Source of the DNA: Desulfobacterales bacterium
GTDB taxonomy: Bacteria; Desulfobacterota; Desulfobacteria; Desulfobacterales; UBA5852
Length of the DNA stretch: 64,000 nucleotides
Direction of reading: 5' to 3'
Assembly (NCBI GenBank): GCA_963674755.2
Contig: CAXXVS010000002.1
Coordinates: 32,001-96,000, forward strand
This document shows positions 8,697 through 18,055 of this stretch, one piece after another. Position 1 is the stretch's first letter. Each line of letters starts with the position of its first letter. The notes under the pieces are model-generated. The model made no database searches and was not told where the DNA came from. It worked only from the letters and a program-made list of their open reading frames with translations. Made by a program: the position numbers and the translations under genes.

Positions 8697-10787
8697 TCAA
8701 TCCCCCTTTTTTTTGTATTCCAGCCGCTTGACCCGGTAGACGCCCTTGTTCGATACCAGAACCATGGCGATCTCCCCCCGGGTGGTGCGCCAATCCCGGT
8801 TCGGCATGTGGTAGCGGACATGGAAGACGCCTTTCAGGGCGATCCGTCCAGTGGCGTCGTCTTTTTCCCAGGACATCAGGTCGATGGTATATCCCAGCCC
8901 GGCAAGGGCGGCGAAATTTTTCCGGTAGATGGGCAGCACCGTGCTGAATGGGCGGCCGTTTTCCAGGGCGTCTTTGGCGAAGAACAGGCGCAAGCGCTCT
9001 AGGTCGCGGCTTTCGTAGGCCTGGGCGTAGGCGCTGATGAAATCCCGCAGGCGGTCCTCGATCGAATAGGCTGGAAGCAGGGCGGGGGCGGGCGGTTTCG
9101 TCCGGGAATCCTCGGCCGCAGGTGACAGCGGCGGGGCAGCGGTTGTCGCAATGCGTGTCGCCGAGGGGAGCGGGGCTGGCCGCACGGCGTCGGTTTGCGC
9201 AGGCACCCTGCCCGAAGTTTCCACCATGGCGGGTGTCGGAAGTCCCCCGCTTGCTTGCCCTGGGATTGCCCTTGCCGGCCGTGGGACGGAATCGCCGGCG
9301 TTGTTCTTCAACGGGGCGGGTGCCGCGGCAAGGCCCAGGACCGCCGCAGGCTGTCGCCCGGGCGTTTTTCTCTCCGCCGCAGCCTCCTCGGCATATACGG
9401 GGTCGGGCGGCAGGGGGGCGGGCACTTCGTGCCCGATGAGCGGTGTTTCCGCTGTAAATGCCTCCGTCAGGCGTGGCCCAGAGACCGCTTCGGGCGATGG
9501 TGCGATTTTTGCGCTTCCGGCGGCCTCCCTGTCGGCCGGCTTGCCTGGGCGTGGTGCGAAAAGCGCCTTTTTCTTCGCGGCATCTCCGGCGCCGTCGGGT
9601 AGCGCCTCCTTTTGGGCAGGGGCTTGGGGCTCCCCTTTGGGCAGGGGGGCGCTCGATCCGATCTGCCGGGGCGCATCGGGCTTCGCCAGGTCCGTTGTGA
9701 CGACTGCGATGGGCGTTTCTTCCGGCGGGGACGGTTTCCCTGCGGTATCGGGTGCTACCCGGGAAATGATGACGGGCTTGCTCAGGGGCCACCCGCCCTG
9801 CTCCATAAAGACCCCCAGGCCGATGGCCAGCAGCAGTCCGGCGGCGGCCGCCGCCCAGGGCCATCGAGGGCGCCTGGTGGGCGGCAGGCTGTTTTGCAGC
9901 ATCAGGCCGGCGGTCACCGCGGCGGCCACCGGGCGGGCGTCCACCGCTTCCGGACCGGGTACCGGAAGACTGCGGGGGAGCTCTCCGGGCAGCATCAGGT
10001 CTTCGATGCTTTCGGCGATAATGTCGGCGCCGATGGTGTCCACATCCTTGACAAAGCCGCTCAGCAGGGCATGGTCGCAGAGAATATTGACGAGCCGGGG
10101 GGCGCCCTGGGAAAACTGGTGGATGAGCGGGAAGGCGTCCGGGCTGAAGATCGCGCGGGAAGCCCCGGCCACTTTCAGGCGATGGCGCACCAGTGCTTCG
10201 GTCTCCTCGAGGTCCAAGGCGTCCAGGTGATAGTTGACGGTGATGCGCTGCTTGAGTGCGCGGTTTACGGGCGCGGCGATAATGTCGAGGAATTCCTCCT
10301 GCCCCACGAAGAACACATTCAGCAGCTTTTGATCGGGGTCCTCGATGTTGGAGAGCAGTCGGATTTCCTCCAGGAGGGTCTGGTCCAGGCGCTGGGCCTC
10401 GTCCACGATGAGCAGGACGCTGCGCCCGGCCGCACGGTTTTTGCGCAGAAACTTCTCGAAGGCGAAAAGAAAGTCTACCTTGTTCGTGTAACGCCGGCGC
10501 ATGCCGTAGGCGTGGGCTATGAAGTTGAAAAACGCCATGGGCGTCAGGCTCGGATCCTGCACGGTGGCTACGACGACATGCTTGTCGAGCCGGCTGAGCA
10601 GGGAGTGGATGAGGGTGGTCTTGCCCGTGCCCACACCGCCCGACAGGAGCAGAAACCCTTTGCTGTTGCGCACGCCGTAGACCATCACCGCCAGGGCTTC
10701 CCGGTGTTTGTTCCCCATCCACAGGAAGGATGGGTCGGTGCTGATCTGGAAAGGCTTTTGCGTCAATCCGTAGAGATGGCGGTACAT
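8697..10787 (-). CDS. ExeA/GspA-like AAA ATPase with TM helix, Pro/Ala linker and C-terminal NTF2/SnoaL-like domain
   Basis: MY..LYGL..KPFQ..DP.F; GGVGTGKTT; LIVDEAQ; G.PRLVNILCD.ALL. Confidence 0.88.
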   Translation of the reverse strand: MYRHLYGLTQKPFQISTDPSFLWMGNKHREALAVMVYGVRNSKGFLLLSGGVGTGKTTLIHSLLSRLDKHVVVATVQDPSLTPMAFFNFIAHAYGMRRRYTNKVDFLFAFEKFLRKNRAAGRSVLLIVDEAQRLDQTLLEEIRLLSNIEDPDQKLLNVFFVGQEEFLDIIAAPVNRALKQRITVNYHLDALDLEETEALVRHRLKVAGASRAIFSPDAFPLIHQFSQGAPRLVNILCDHALLSGFVKDVDTIGADIIAESIEDLMLPGELPRSLPVPGPEAVDARPVAAAVTAGLMLQNSLPPTRRPRWPWAAAAAGLLLAIGLGVFMEQGGWPLSKPVIISRVAPDTAGKPSPPEETPIAVVTTDLAKPDAPRQIGSSAPLPKGEPQAPAQKEALPDGAGDAAKKKALFAPRPGKPADREAAGSAKIAPSPEAVSGPRLTEAFTAETPLIGHEVPAPLPPDPVYAEEAAAERKTPGRQPAAVLGLAAAPAPLKNNAGDSVPRPARAIPGQASGGLPTPAMVETSGRVPAQTDAVRPAPLPSATRIATTAAPPLSPAAEDSRTKPPAPALLPAYSIEDRLRDFISAYAQAYESRDLERLRLFFAKDALENGRPFSTVLPIYRKNFAALAGLGYTIDLMSWEKDDATGRIALKGVFHVRYHMPNRDWRTTRGEIAMVLVSNKGVYRVKRLEYKKKGD

Positions 10788-10865
10788 GGATAATCACCCG
10801 GTGGCTAAGCGATCAAGTTTTAAGTGATTAAGTGAAAAACGGTGTCTTTTAACGGAAACCTTTTT

Positions 10866-10997
10866 AGGTTTTATGGATTTAAGGTGTTATGGTTAACGTT
10901 CAAATCCCTAAGGTCTTACCGGCGGGAATTGCATTGCTTAGATGCAGGTGAACCTGTTTTTTTCCTTAAAACCCTAAATCGTTAAAACCAAAAACCT
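10866..10997. repeat. ~130-bp intergenic repeat family (copy A)
   Basis: ttatggatttaaggtgttatggttaacgt..tgcttagatgcaggtg..ccttaaaaccctaaa; homologous to 57023-57158, 62521-62650 (reverse) and 6127-6200 (reverse, partial). Confidence 0.75.
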
Positions 10998-11035
10998 GTC
11001 GCTTTGCCAGTTTGACCTCCATCGGATGAATTTAC

Positions 11036-12811
11036 TTAATCACTTTTCCTTTTCTTCTCGACCTCATAATCCAGCCGGACCACCCGGTAGCTGGTGCCGT
11101 GAGGCAGGAGGTCCAAGGCGATGGTGCCCTGGCTGCGGTAGTCCTTCTGATCGCCCATCCGGCCTTCGGCCATGAAACGCCCCTTTACGACCAGGGGTGC
11201 GGTGGGACCGCTATCCTCCCAGCGGGCGATTTCGATGCGGTAGGACAGCCGTTCGAGGCGCGCCATGTTGTCCCGGTAGCGCGGAAGCATGTCTTTAAAA
11301 GGCTGCCCGTTCTCGGTGGCCGCCGGGCCGAACAGGGCCGCCAGGCGGTCCGGGTCCCGGGCCTCGTAGGTCCGGCAGTAATGGTCGATGAAAGCCCGGA
11401 TTCGGCTTTCGGTCGGAGGTGCCGGCCCGTCGGCGATAGGCGTTTCCACAACAGCGGTGAGGGGCGATACCGGCTGGAGAGGGGGACTTTCTTCACTATC
11501 CGATACAACGTCCGCGGATGTGCCGGTGTTGAGCCAGATTTCTATCAGGCCCCGTTCCCGGTGGCGATACCGCCGGGAGAGATTTTTCAGCTGCACGATC
11601 GGTTTCGCGTGGGGGGCGTTAGCGGCCAGGAAGGTCTGCACTGCGGCCCTGAGCGTCCGGGCGGCATCCCGGTCGGCGCTATTGAAATAGCGGATAGTGC
11701 TGGGAAGCATCAGGGATTCAGGCGTTGGGCCGATGCGGGCCGGCGGATAGCCCCTGTCGGAGAGATGGGCGGCCAGCGTTCCTGACAGCCGTGCGCCGTC
11801 CGCACCGGCATGGAAGATCGACAGGCGAAGGGAAGGGAGGGATGCTGCGGCGGTATCGACAGCCGTCTGCCTGCCGGCGCTATCCGCCTCCCCGTTCGAT
11901 GCGTCGGGCGTCGATGGCCGAGGCTTTTCCGGCGGTTGGATCGATTGTTCAGGTGGCGCATGGTCCGGCAGGGCCGATGGGGCCGGCGCAGCGTCCACCG
12001 AGAGCGGACCTGCGGCGGATCGCTTCTCAGGCCGGGGGCGCGTTTGCCCCGGCGCCGGGTTCGGTTCCGGCAGATCGATGGGGAAGGACGCTTTTCGGGG
12101 GAGGGCGCGGACTTGGGGAACCACCGGTTGGATGACCCGGTGCCGGGAGGCCTGGTAAGCGCTGCGCCGCCCCCGGGCGCGATCCAGCTGGTCGAGCACC
12201 AGGGCGGCGGCCACCAGCAGGAGCACCACCACGATCACGGCGGTGAAGCGGGCGCGCCGGGGGCGGGCATGGCGGAGAACTTGGGGATCGGGTTCGTACC
12301 AGGTGGTTTCGGCCGCCAGGCGTGTGTCGTAGGCTTCTTTGGCCGCGGGGTCGCGCAGGGTTTCATAGGCCTCGGTCAGGGCGGTAAAGCCCTGGGCGTC
12401 GGGCATTTGCCCCGGCCGGAGGTCCGGGTGCAGGTCCCGGGCCCGCCGGCGGTAAGCCCGGCGGATAGTGTCCGCGTCGCTGTCCGGTGCCACCCCGAGT
12501 ACTTTGTAGAAGGCCGCTTGCGGCGGGTCGGGTACCAGATGCAGGGCCTGGGCCACGGGCGTGAGCCGCGCCCGCAGACGGTCCAGGGTGATGTCCGCCG
12601 TGCGGCAGGCCTCTTGCAGCAGGGGCGGCGCTTGGTGCGCGGGGTTAAGGGCGACGATGCGGCGGCACAGGTCCAGGTAGTGCGCATTTTCCGCCACGCG
12701 GCTGATAACGGTGGGGCTGTCGCCCGCCGTGGCCACGGCCCGTACGAAGGCGGTCAGAACAGCGTTGGGGGCGTCAAGGTAGGGGCTATCGGGTTTCTTC
12801 ACGGTGGCCAC
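11036..12811 (-). CDS. Membrane-anchored DnaJ (J-domain) protein with C-terminal domain paralogous to that of the ExeA-like ATPase
   Basis: FYKVLGV...IRRAYRRRARDLHPD...EAYETLRDP..K..YD; TM segment; C-terminal FIDHYCRTYEARD.DRL..LF...A.ENG.PF. Confidence 0.8.
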   Translation of the reverse strand: MATVKKPDSPYLDAPNAVLTAFVRAVATAGDSPTVISRVAENAHYLDLCRRIVALNPAHQAPPLLQEACRTADITLDRLRARLTPVAQALHLVPDPPQAAFYKVLGVAPDSDADTIRRAYRRRARDLHPDLRPGQMPDAQGFTALTEAYETLRDPAAKEAYDTRLAAETTWYEPDPQVLRHARPRRARFTAVIVVVLLLVAAALVLDQLDRARGRRSAYQASRHRVIQPVVPQVRALPRKASFPIDLPEPNPAPGQTRPRPEKRSAAGPLSVDAAPAPSALPDHAPPEQSIQPPEKPRPSTPDASNGEADSAGRQTAVDTAAASLPSLRLSIFHAGADGARLSGTLAAHLSDRGYPPARIGPTPESLMLPSTIRYFNSADRDAARTLRAAVQTFLAANAPHAKPIVQLKNLSRRYRHRERGLIEIWLNTGTSADVVSDSEESPPLQPVSPLTAVVETPIADGPAPPTESRIRAFIDHYCRTYEARDPDRLAALFGPAATENGQPFKDMLPRYRDNMARLERLSYRIEIARWEDSGPTAPLVVKGRFMAEGRMGDQKDYRSQGTIALDLLPHGTSYRVVRLDYEVEKKRKSD

Positions 12812-13029
12812 TAAAAGATTGGATATGGGTTTAAGGATTTAGGGTGTTAGGGGCTAAAACCTGACCCGGTTGTCTGGAATGCGCAAGTCGTTTTTAATGC
12901 AAAAGCAATAACCATGAAAAACACGAAGGCATCCATCCTTTTTCGAACGGTATTTCTTCGTGGTAAATTTTTGTTGACGGGCGCTTTCCTGAGAGCCGTT
13001 AAACCTTAACGCCTTAAAACCCTAACACC

Positions 13030-15342
13030 CTATTTCCCGGTCAGCTGTTTGGCCTGGGCTGTTTCCTTTCCGTAGCCGTAGTAGCGGTAGTAGGAGTGGT
13101 AGCCGTAGCGCCGGGTCATGTCCACCTTGTTGATGATGCATCCCAGGATGGTGGCCCGCACGTTGATCATGCTTTTCTTGAAGTGGCGCAGTTCGTCCCG
13201 CTTGGCCTCCCCCATGCCGGTGGCCAGCACCACGCCCCCCACGTTCTGGGCCAGCACCAGCACGTCGGCAAAGCCCTGGTGGGGCGGGGCGTCTACGATG
13301 ACCCGGTCGAAACGCTTTTCCAGGTAGCGCATGAGCTTGGTAAAACGTTTGGAGGCCAACAGCTCCACCGGGTTGGGGGGAATGGGCCCCGCCGGGATGA
13401 AGTGCAGGTTTTCCACCCCGTTGCGGCAGATGACGCCTTTTTGGGTCACCCCGGCCAGGAAGCTGGAAAGGCCCGGTGCCCCGTTGAAACCGTTTTCACT
13501 GAAGATTTTGTGGATGCGCGGCTTGCGCAAGTCGGCATCCACCACCACCACGTTCTCGCCCGCGCCGGCAAAGGTAAGCGCCAGGTTGGCCGCCAGGGTG
13601 GTTTTACCCTCCCCGGGCTTGGTGCTGGTGATGAGGAAGCTGCGGGCCTTGGGGCCGCTGCTGGAGAGTTGCAGCGACACCCGGGTGGTACGCATGGCCT
13701 CCGACATGGGTGCTCGCGGGTCGTGCAAAAAGGTTTTCTCCACGGAGTGGGAGGTGTCCTTGGAGATGGGCACCACCCCCAGGATAGGGATCTGGAAGCG
13801 GTCGCTGATCTCCTCCGGGTTGCTGACCGTGTCATTGAAGTATTCCAGCAGAAATGCCAGGCCAACTCCAGCCATGAGGCCCACCACGATGGCCAGCAGC
13901 AGGTTGCGCCGCACATTGGGTTTGGCGGGCAGGAGGGAGAGGTCGGCCGGGCTGACCACGCTGATGTTGCTGGAGGCCACCCCCACCATGGACTCGATTT
14001 CCCGACTGCGGTGCAGCAGGCTTTCATAGATGCTCTTGTTGGTTTCCACTTCGCGGGCCATGATCTTGTACTGGGTGGCGCGCTCGTTGAGCTCCAGGGC
14101 CAGCTGCTTCTGGTGCTCCACCCGCGCCCGCATGGTGTCCACCCGCTGCCGGGCAGCCATGAATTCGTTCTTGAGGGACTGGAAGATCTTCTGCTCCTCG
14201 GCGGCGATGCGCTGGGCGGTGGAGTCCATGCGGGCCTTGAGTGTTTTGACGGACGGATACTCGGGCTGGAAGGTCACGCTCAGCTGGTCGTGCTCGGATG
14301 TCAGACGGGAATATTCGGCCTTAAGTTCCGCGATCATGGGGCTGCTCATGACCTGGGGCATGTTGCCGGGTCCGTCCGCGATGGCCTGCTTATAGACGGC
14401 CTCCTTCTGGATAAAGTCCCCTTCGGCGTCCGCCAGCAGGCTGTTCAGCCCCTCCAGCTCACGGTAGACCCCGTTCAGGTTGGTGTCCATGGAGACGATG
14501 CCGGCGGCCTTGGCGAAGTGGTTCATCTGTTCCTCGGCACGTTCCAGGTTGACCTTGGCCCGGTCGATCTGCTTCATCAGGAAGGTCTGGGCCGTGGCCG
14601 AGGCCCCCAGGCGCTGCTCCATGCGCCAGTTGATGAATTCCTGGCAGACGGCGTTGACCACGTCCCGGGAGAGCATGGGGTCTTCGGACAGGAAGCCCAC
14701 CGTCATGAGCATACTGGTGCCGTTGGAGGACACGTCCAGGCCCCCTTTTAGATACCCTGCCAGGGACTGGCGCAGGAGGTATTCCTCGGACAACAGGCTG
14801 TCGTCGACCAGGGGTTTGGCCGCCTCGTCCTTGGGCAGGAACGATTTGATGAAATTCTTGATGCCCTGCTTGAGCCGTGTGATGGGGCCCGGTTCGGTGT
14901 CCGCGAAGAAGAGTTCCTGGATCACCGGATGGTCCTTGAGGTTCATGCGGTCCACCACCCGCTCCAGGAAAGTCGGATTGGTGATGAGCTGCACCTGGGT
15001 TTCGAAATATTCCTCCGACATCCAGCGCGGGGTGGTCTCGGAGAGCTCCTGGAAGTTGGTGACGTTCTGGTCGGACTGGGCGATCTCCAGGGTGGCGTAG
15101 GACTCGTAGAGTTTGGGTTGGGAGAGGGTCAGGATCAGGGTGGTCACGAAGGTCAGCAACAGGACGCTGATAATGAGCCATTTGCGCCGCAGGAGCACCT
15201 CCAGGTAGTCCCGTAGGTGGATCTCTTCCTGCTCCCACTCGGGAACCGGGCTGCGCAGGTCGGTGGACGGCAGGTAGGCCGCCTCGCCCCCCATTCGGCT
15301 GGGGACCACGGGGTAACGCGGATCGTGCAGGTTGTCGTGCAT
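13030..15342 (-). CDS. wzc: Polysaccharide co-polymerase / BY tyrosine kinase (Wzc/GumC)
   Basis: EIHLRDYL..L.RRKW; TSTKPGEGKTT; VDADLRKP; PPNPVELL; C-terminal Tyr cluster YGYHSYYRYYGY. Confidence 0.95.
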   Translation of the reverse strand: MHDNLHDPRYPVVPSRMGGEAAYLPSTDLRSPVPEWEQEEIHLRDYLEVLLRRKWLIISVLLLTFVTTLILTLSQPKLYESYATLEIAQSDQNVTNFQELSETTPRWMSEEYFETQVQLITNPTFLERVVDRMNLKDHPVIQELFFADTEPGPITRLKQGIKNFIKSFLPKDEAAKPLVDDSLLSEEYLLRQSLAGYLKGGLDVSSNGTSMLMTVGFLSEDPMLSRDVVNAVCQEFINWRMEQRLGASATAQTFLMKQIDRAKVNLERAEEQMNHFAKAAGIVSMDTNLNGVYRELEGLNSLLADAEGDFIQKEAVYKQAIADGPGNMPQVMSSPMIAELKAEYSRLTSEHDQLSVTFQPEYPSVKTLKARMDSTAQRIAAEEQKIFQSLKNEFMAARQRVDTMRARVEHQKQLALELNERATQYKIMAREVETNKSIYESLLHRSREIESMVGVASSNISVVSPADLSLLPAKPNVRRNLLLAIVVGLMAGVGLAFLLEYFNDTVSNPEEISDRFQIPILGVVPISKDTSHSVEKTFLHDPRAPMSEAMRTTRVSLQLSSSGPKARSFLITSTKPGEGKTTLAANLALTFAGAGENVVVVDADLRKPRIHKIFSENGFNGAPGLSSFLAGVTQKGVICRNGVENLHFIPAGPIPPNPVELLASKRFTKLMRYLEKRFDRVIVDAPPHQGFADVLVLAQNVGGVVLATGMGEAKRDELRHFKKSMINVRATILGCIINKVDMTRRYGYHSYYRYYGYGKETAQAKQLTGK

Positions 15343-15549
15343 TATTTTACTTCCTATCCATTGTTGGGCGTGGTTTCGCTGGCGGTCGTTGTCGCAATGG
15401 TTGAGAAGGGGTTTAATGCTTTAGGGTTTTAAGGCAGAGACGATTAAGCTGGTGAAAAAAGAAGTTTAGGCCTTAAGGGGCTAGTGTTTTTTATGGCCAT
15501 GCGCTAAATTTTTACCATAGAGAACCTTAAAACGTTAAATCCCTGAACC

Positions 15550-16782
15550 CTAAGAATCGGTGCCGGCAGAGGCTGCCTTTGGCATCGGTTCGATATCAAA
15601 ATCATCCACCCACAGCGTCCCGGCGATCTTACTGTCGAAGCGCCGGCTTTTGTTGCGGCGCAGTCGGACCACCACGGCCCGGCAGTCTTTCGGCGGCGTG
15701 AAGGTCAGGGTTTCCGCCTGCCAGTCGCGGTCGCCGGTCAGCATGGGGCCCGGCACCCGGAAGCCCCGGCAGTCGAAGCCGTAGATCTCCACGAAGGGTC
15801 CCTGGTCGGTGGTCAGGCCCCGGCCGCGCCACCACCAGTGCAGGCGATAGGTCACGCCCGCTGTTACGGGCACGATCTGGTAGAGGTGATGGAAAGCGAC
15901 GTTTTCCTGCCCGTAGAAGGTAAGGCGGGCGGCCGTGCCGCGGCCGTGCCCCTGGCCGAAGGCCTGCTGTAACTGCCATTGCCCTGCGGGATCGCGCCCC
16001 CAGCGCCAGTCAAAGCCCGTATTGCTTACCGCCTGCTCGAATCCGCCGTTGGTCAGGGGACCGGATCCGTTGGCGCCATACCAAATGGCGTCCGCCTCGC
16101 TGACGTCTTTCATAGATATCAAAAAACTCACGAATTTCAAGCGGATACTCTCGTCCGGTGGGCCATCGGCAGTGATTGCCTGCCAAACCGCCCGGGCGTC
16201 GTCCAGTCGGCTCCAGCGCATGAGCCATTCCAGGTAGGCCGGCCGGGCCTCCGGAGCCAGGGCGGCCAGGGTGGCCCGGGCGTCACCGTCGAAGTGGGTG
16301 TCTGCCAGGGCGAAAGTGTCAGTTAACTTCCAACCCCGCACGGCCAGTCGGTTGACGCAGCGGCGGAAGACGTCTTCCATGCCCAGGTCGTGGGCCAGCA
16401 GCGCCGTGGGCCACTGCCAGAACAAAACGTCTTCGGTACGCCGCGCCACGAAGGCCACCACGGCCCGGGCCTTGTCGCTGTGCCCGATGGCGGCTTCGGC
16501 TTCGGCCAGTTTGAGCCAGGCCCCCATGCGGGCCGGATCCCGGGTGACGGCCTCCCGGTAGTACGCCGCCGCCCCGGCAGTATCCAGGCCAAACCAGGCC
16601 CGTTGCCCAAAGGCTATCATAGCTTCCGGGAAGTACCGCAAGGTTTGGGCCTCTTCGTCGCTGAAGGTATAGTCCTGGAAATACAGATGCCGCTGCTGCC
16701 ACGCGAAGGGCAGCAGCCAGGCGGCGAAGCCGGTTAGAAACAGAGTAGCGACGGCGGCCAAAATGTGGCGTTGGGTCATCAT
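15550..16782 (-). CDS. TPR-like repeat protein with C-terminal carbohydrate-binding-like domain
   Basis: N-terminal TM; TPR-like helices; LTNGGFE..GFDWRW and GTLWVDDF motifs typical of CBM-like jelly-roll domains. Confidence 0.65.
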   Translation of the reverse strand: MMTQRHILAAVATLFLTGFAAWLLPFAWQQRHLYFQDYTFSDEEAQTLRYFPEAMIAFGQRAWFGLDTAGAAAYYREAVTRDPARMGAWLKLAEAEAAIGHSDKARAVVAFVARRTEDVLFWQWPTALLAHDLGMEDVFRRCVNRLAVRGWKLTDTFALADTHFDGDARATLAALAPEARPAYLEWLMRWSRLDDARAVWQAITADGPPDESIRLKFVSFLISMKDVSEADAIWYGANGSGPLTNGGFEQAVSNTGFDWRWGRDPAGQWQLQQAFGQGHGRGTAARLTFYGQENVAFHHLYQIVPVTAGVTYRLHWWWRGRGLTTDQGPFVEIYGFDCRGFRVPGPMLTGDRDWQAETLTFTPPKDCRAVVVRLRRNKSRRFDSKIAGTLWVDDFDIEPMPKAASAGTDS

Positions 16783-16923
16783 GGAAATTTTTTTTGCGAT
16801 AAAGAAAAGTTGGATTGGTTACCTGTTATGGGGTCATGGGTATTCGGTTTCATCGGGGAGTTCTTCGGTTTGTTACAACCGGTAACCGATAACGAATGAC
16901 CAACCCACGAAGCGGGCCTGTAA

Positions 16924-17724
16924 TCAGTTCTTTCTTCGGAACATCTCCCAAAACCGCCCGCGGCGGTTGGTGCGCTGGGGCAGGTCGGCTCTATCCATGT
17001 TTTTCATGGGGTGGCCGTTGAGGACTTTGGACGGGTTTTCCACGGTGAGCAGGGCCAGGTTTTTGCGGCCCACCAGTCCGGCCAGTTCTTCCACCCCCCG
17101 GCGCACGATGCGCGCGCTGCGATCCCGGGTGTCGTGGCTGTCGGTGGCCAGGCAGTGCACGGCGCCGGCGAGCAGCAGATGCCGGGCCGCTTTCCAGGCC
17201 GTTTTGCCGTGCGTGCCGATCAGGCTGGTCCAATTGACCTGCAAGTGGACGCCCGTCTCCAGCAGCCGCTCCACCAGGGCCGGCTGGCTGGCCAATTGCG
17301 CGCAGCGCTCAGGATGGGCCATCAGGATCTTGAACCCCCGGCCGGTCACCTCGAAGAGGATCTGCTCCCAATGCAGGGGCAGGCGCTGGAAGGGCGGTTC
17401 GATCAACACGTAAGCCCCCCCCGCCAGGGGGATCACCTCGCCCTTGTCCAGCATGGCGGGCACTTCCGGGGCCAGGGTGATCTCCATGCCGGGCAGCACG
17501 GTCAGATCCAAATGGTCCTCTTGCATGATGGCATTGAGGTTTTCCACGTGCAGGGCGACGGATTGGGCGAACTTGACGCCCCGGTCTTCCGGCACCGCAT
17601 GGGGGGTGGCAATCACCCGGGAGTAGCCGGCCCGGACGTAGTGGCGCGCCATTTCCAGGCTATGCCCGATATCCCGGGCTCCGTCGTCGATCCCGGGCAA
17701 AATGTGGGAGTGGATGTCGAGCAT
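16924..17724 (-). CDS. PHP-family protein-tyrosine phosphatase (CpsB/CapC/YwqE type)
   Basis: MLDIHSHILPGIDDG, ATPH, AHPER, ATDSH motifs. Confidence 0.95.
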   Translation of the reverse strand: MLDIHSHILPGIDDGARDIGHSLEMARHYVRAGYSRVIATPHAVPEDRGVKFAQSVALHVENLNAIMQEDHLDLTVLPGMEITLAPEVPAMLDKGEVIPLAGGAYVLIEPPFQRLPLHWEQILFEVTGRGFKILMAHPERCAQLASQPALVERLLETGVHLQVNWTSLIGTHGKTAWKAARHLLLAGAVHCLATDSHDTRDRSARIVRRGVEELAGLVGRKNLALLTVENPSKVLNGHPMKNMDRADLPQRTNRRGRFWEMFRRKN

Positions 17725-17924
17725 AAGAAAGTCAGCTGGTGAGCAATAGCTTCAGCTAATGCGTTGATAAGCTGATGAGTAGTAAAAAAGTTGGTAAAAA
17801 GGGGCCGAGGATCCAAGGTCGAATAGGCAAAGGGACAATGAAAATGCAAGGGGCCGAGGAGCCGAGGGGTCAAGGGCGAAAAGCAAAAAATTGAATCCTC
17901 GGGCCCTCAGTACCTATAATTTCT

Positions 17925-18054
17925 TCAGATCTTGCTTTCCAGGGAGTTGATTGGTGCTTTCATCATTCGGGAATTTTGAGGTCAGACCATAGCGCTTCAG
18001 GTAGAGGTCGTATGATTTTTGCCATACCTGGAGATCTTTGTAATCTTTTAGTAT
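17925..18054 (-). pseudogene. Remnant of four-helix-bundle (23S rRNA IVP-family) protein gene
   Basis: Hand translation: (ATA)LKDYKDLQVWQKSYDLYLKRYGLTSKFPNDE, then in another frame MKAPINSLESKI*; matches family N- and C-termini, middle deleted, start decayed. Confidence 0.72.
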
Positions 18055-18055
18055 A

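Noticed and set aside
8653..10797. Long alternative ORFs (714 aa here; also 13096-14751, 60736-62208 and similar)
   Set aside because: Shadow frames of GC-rich genes with no recognisable motifs
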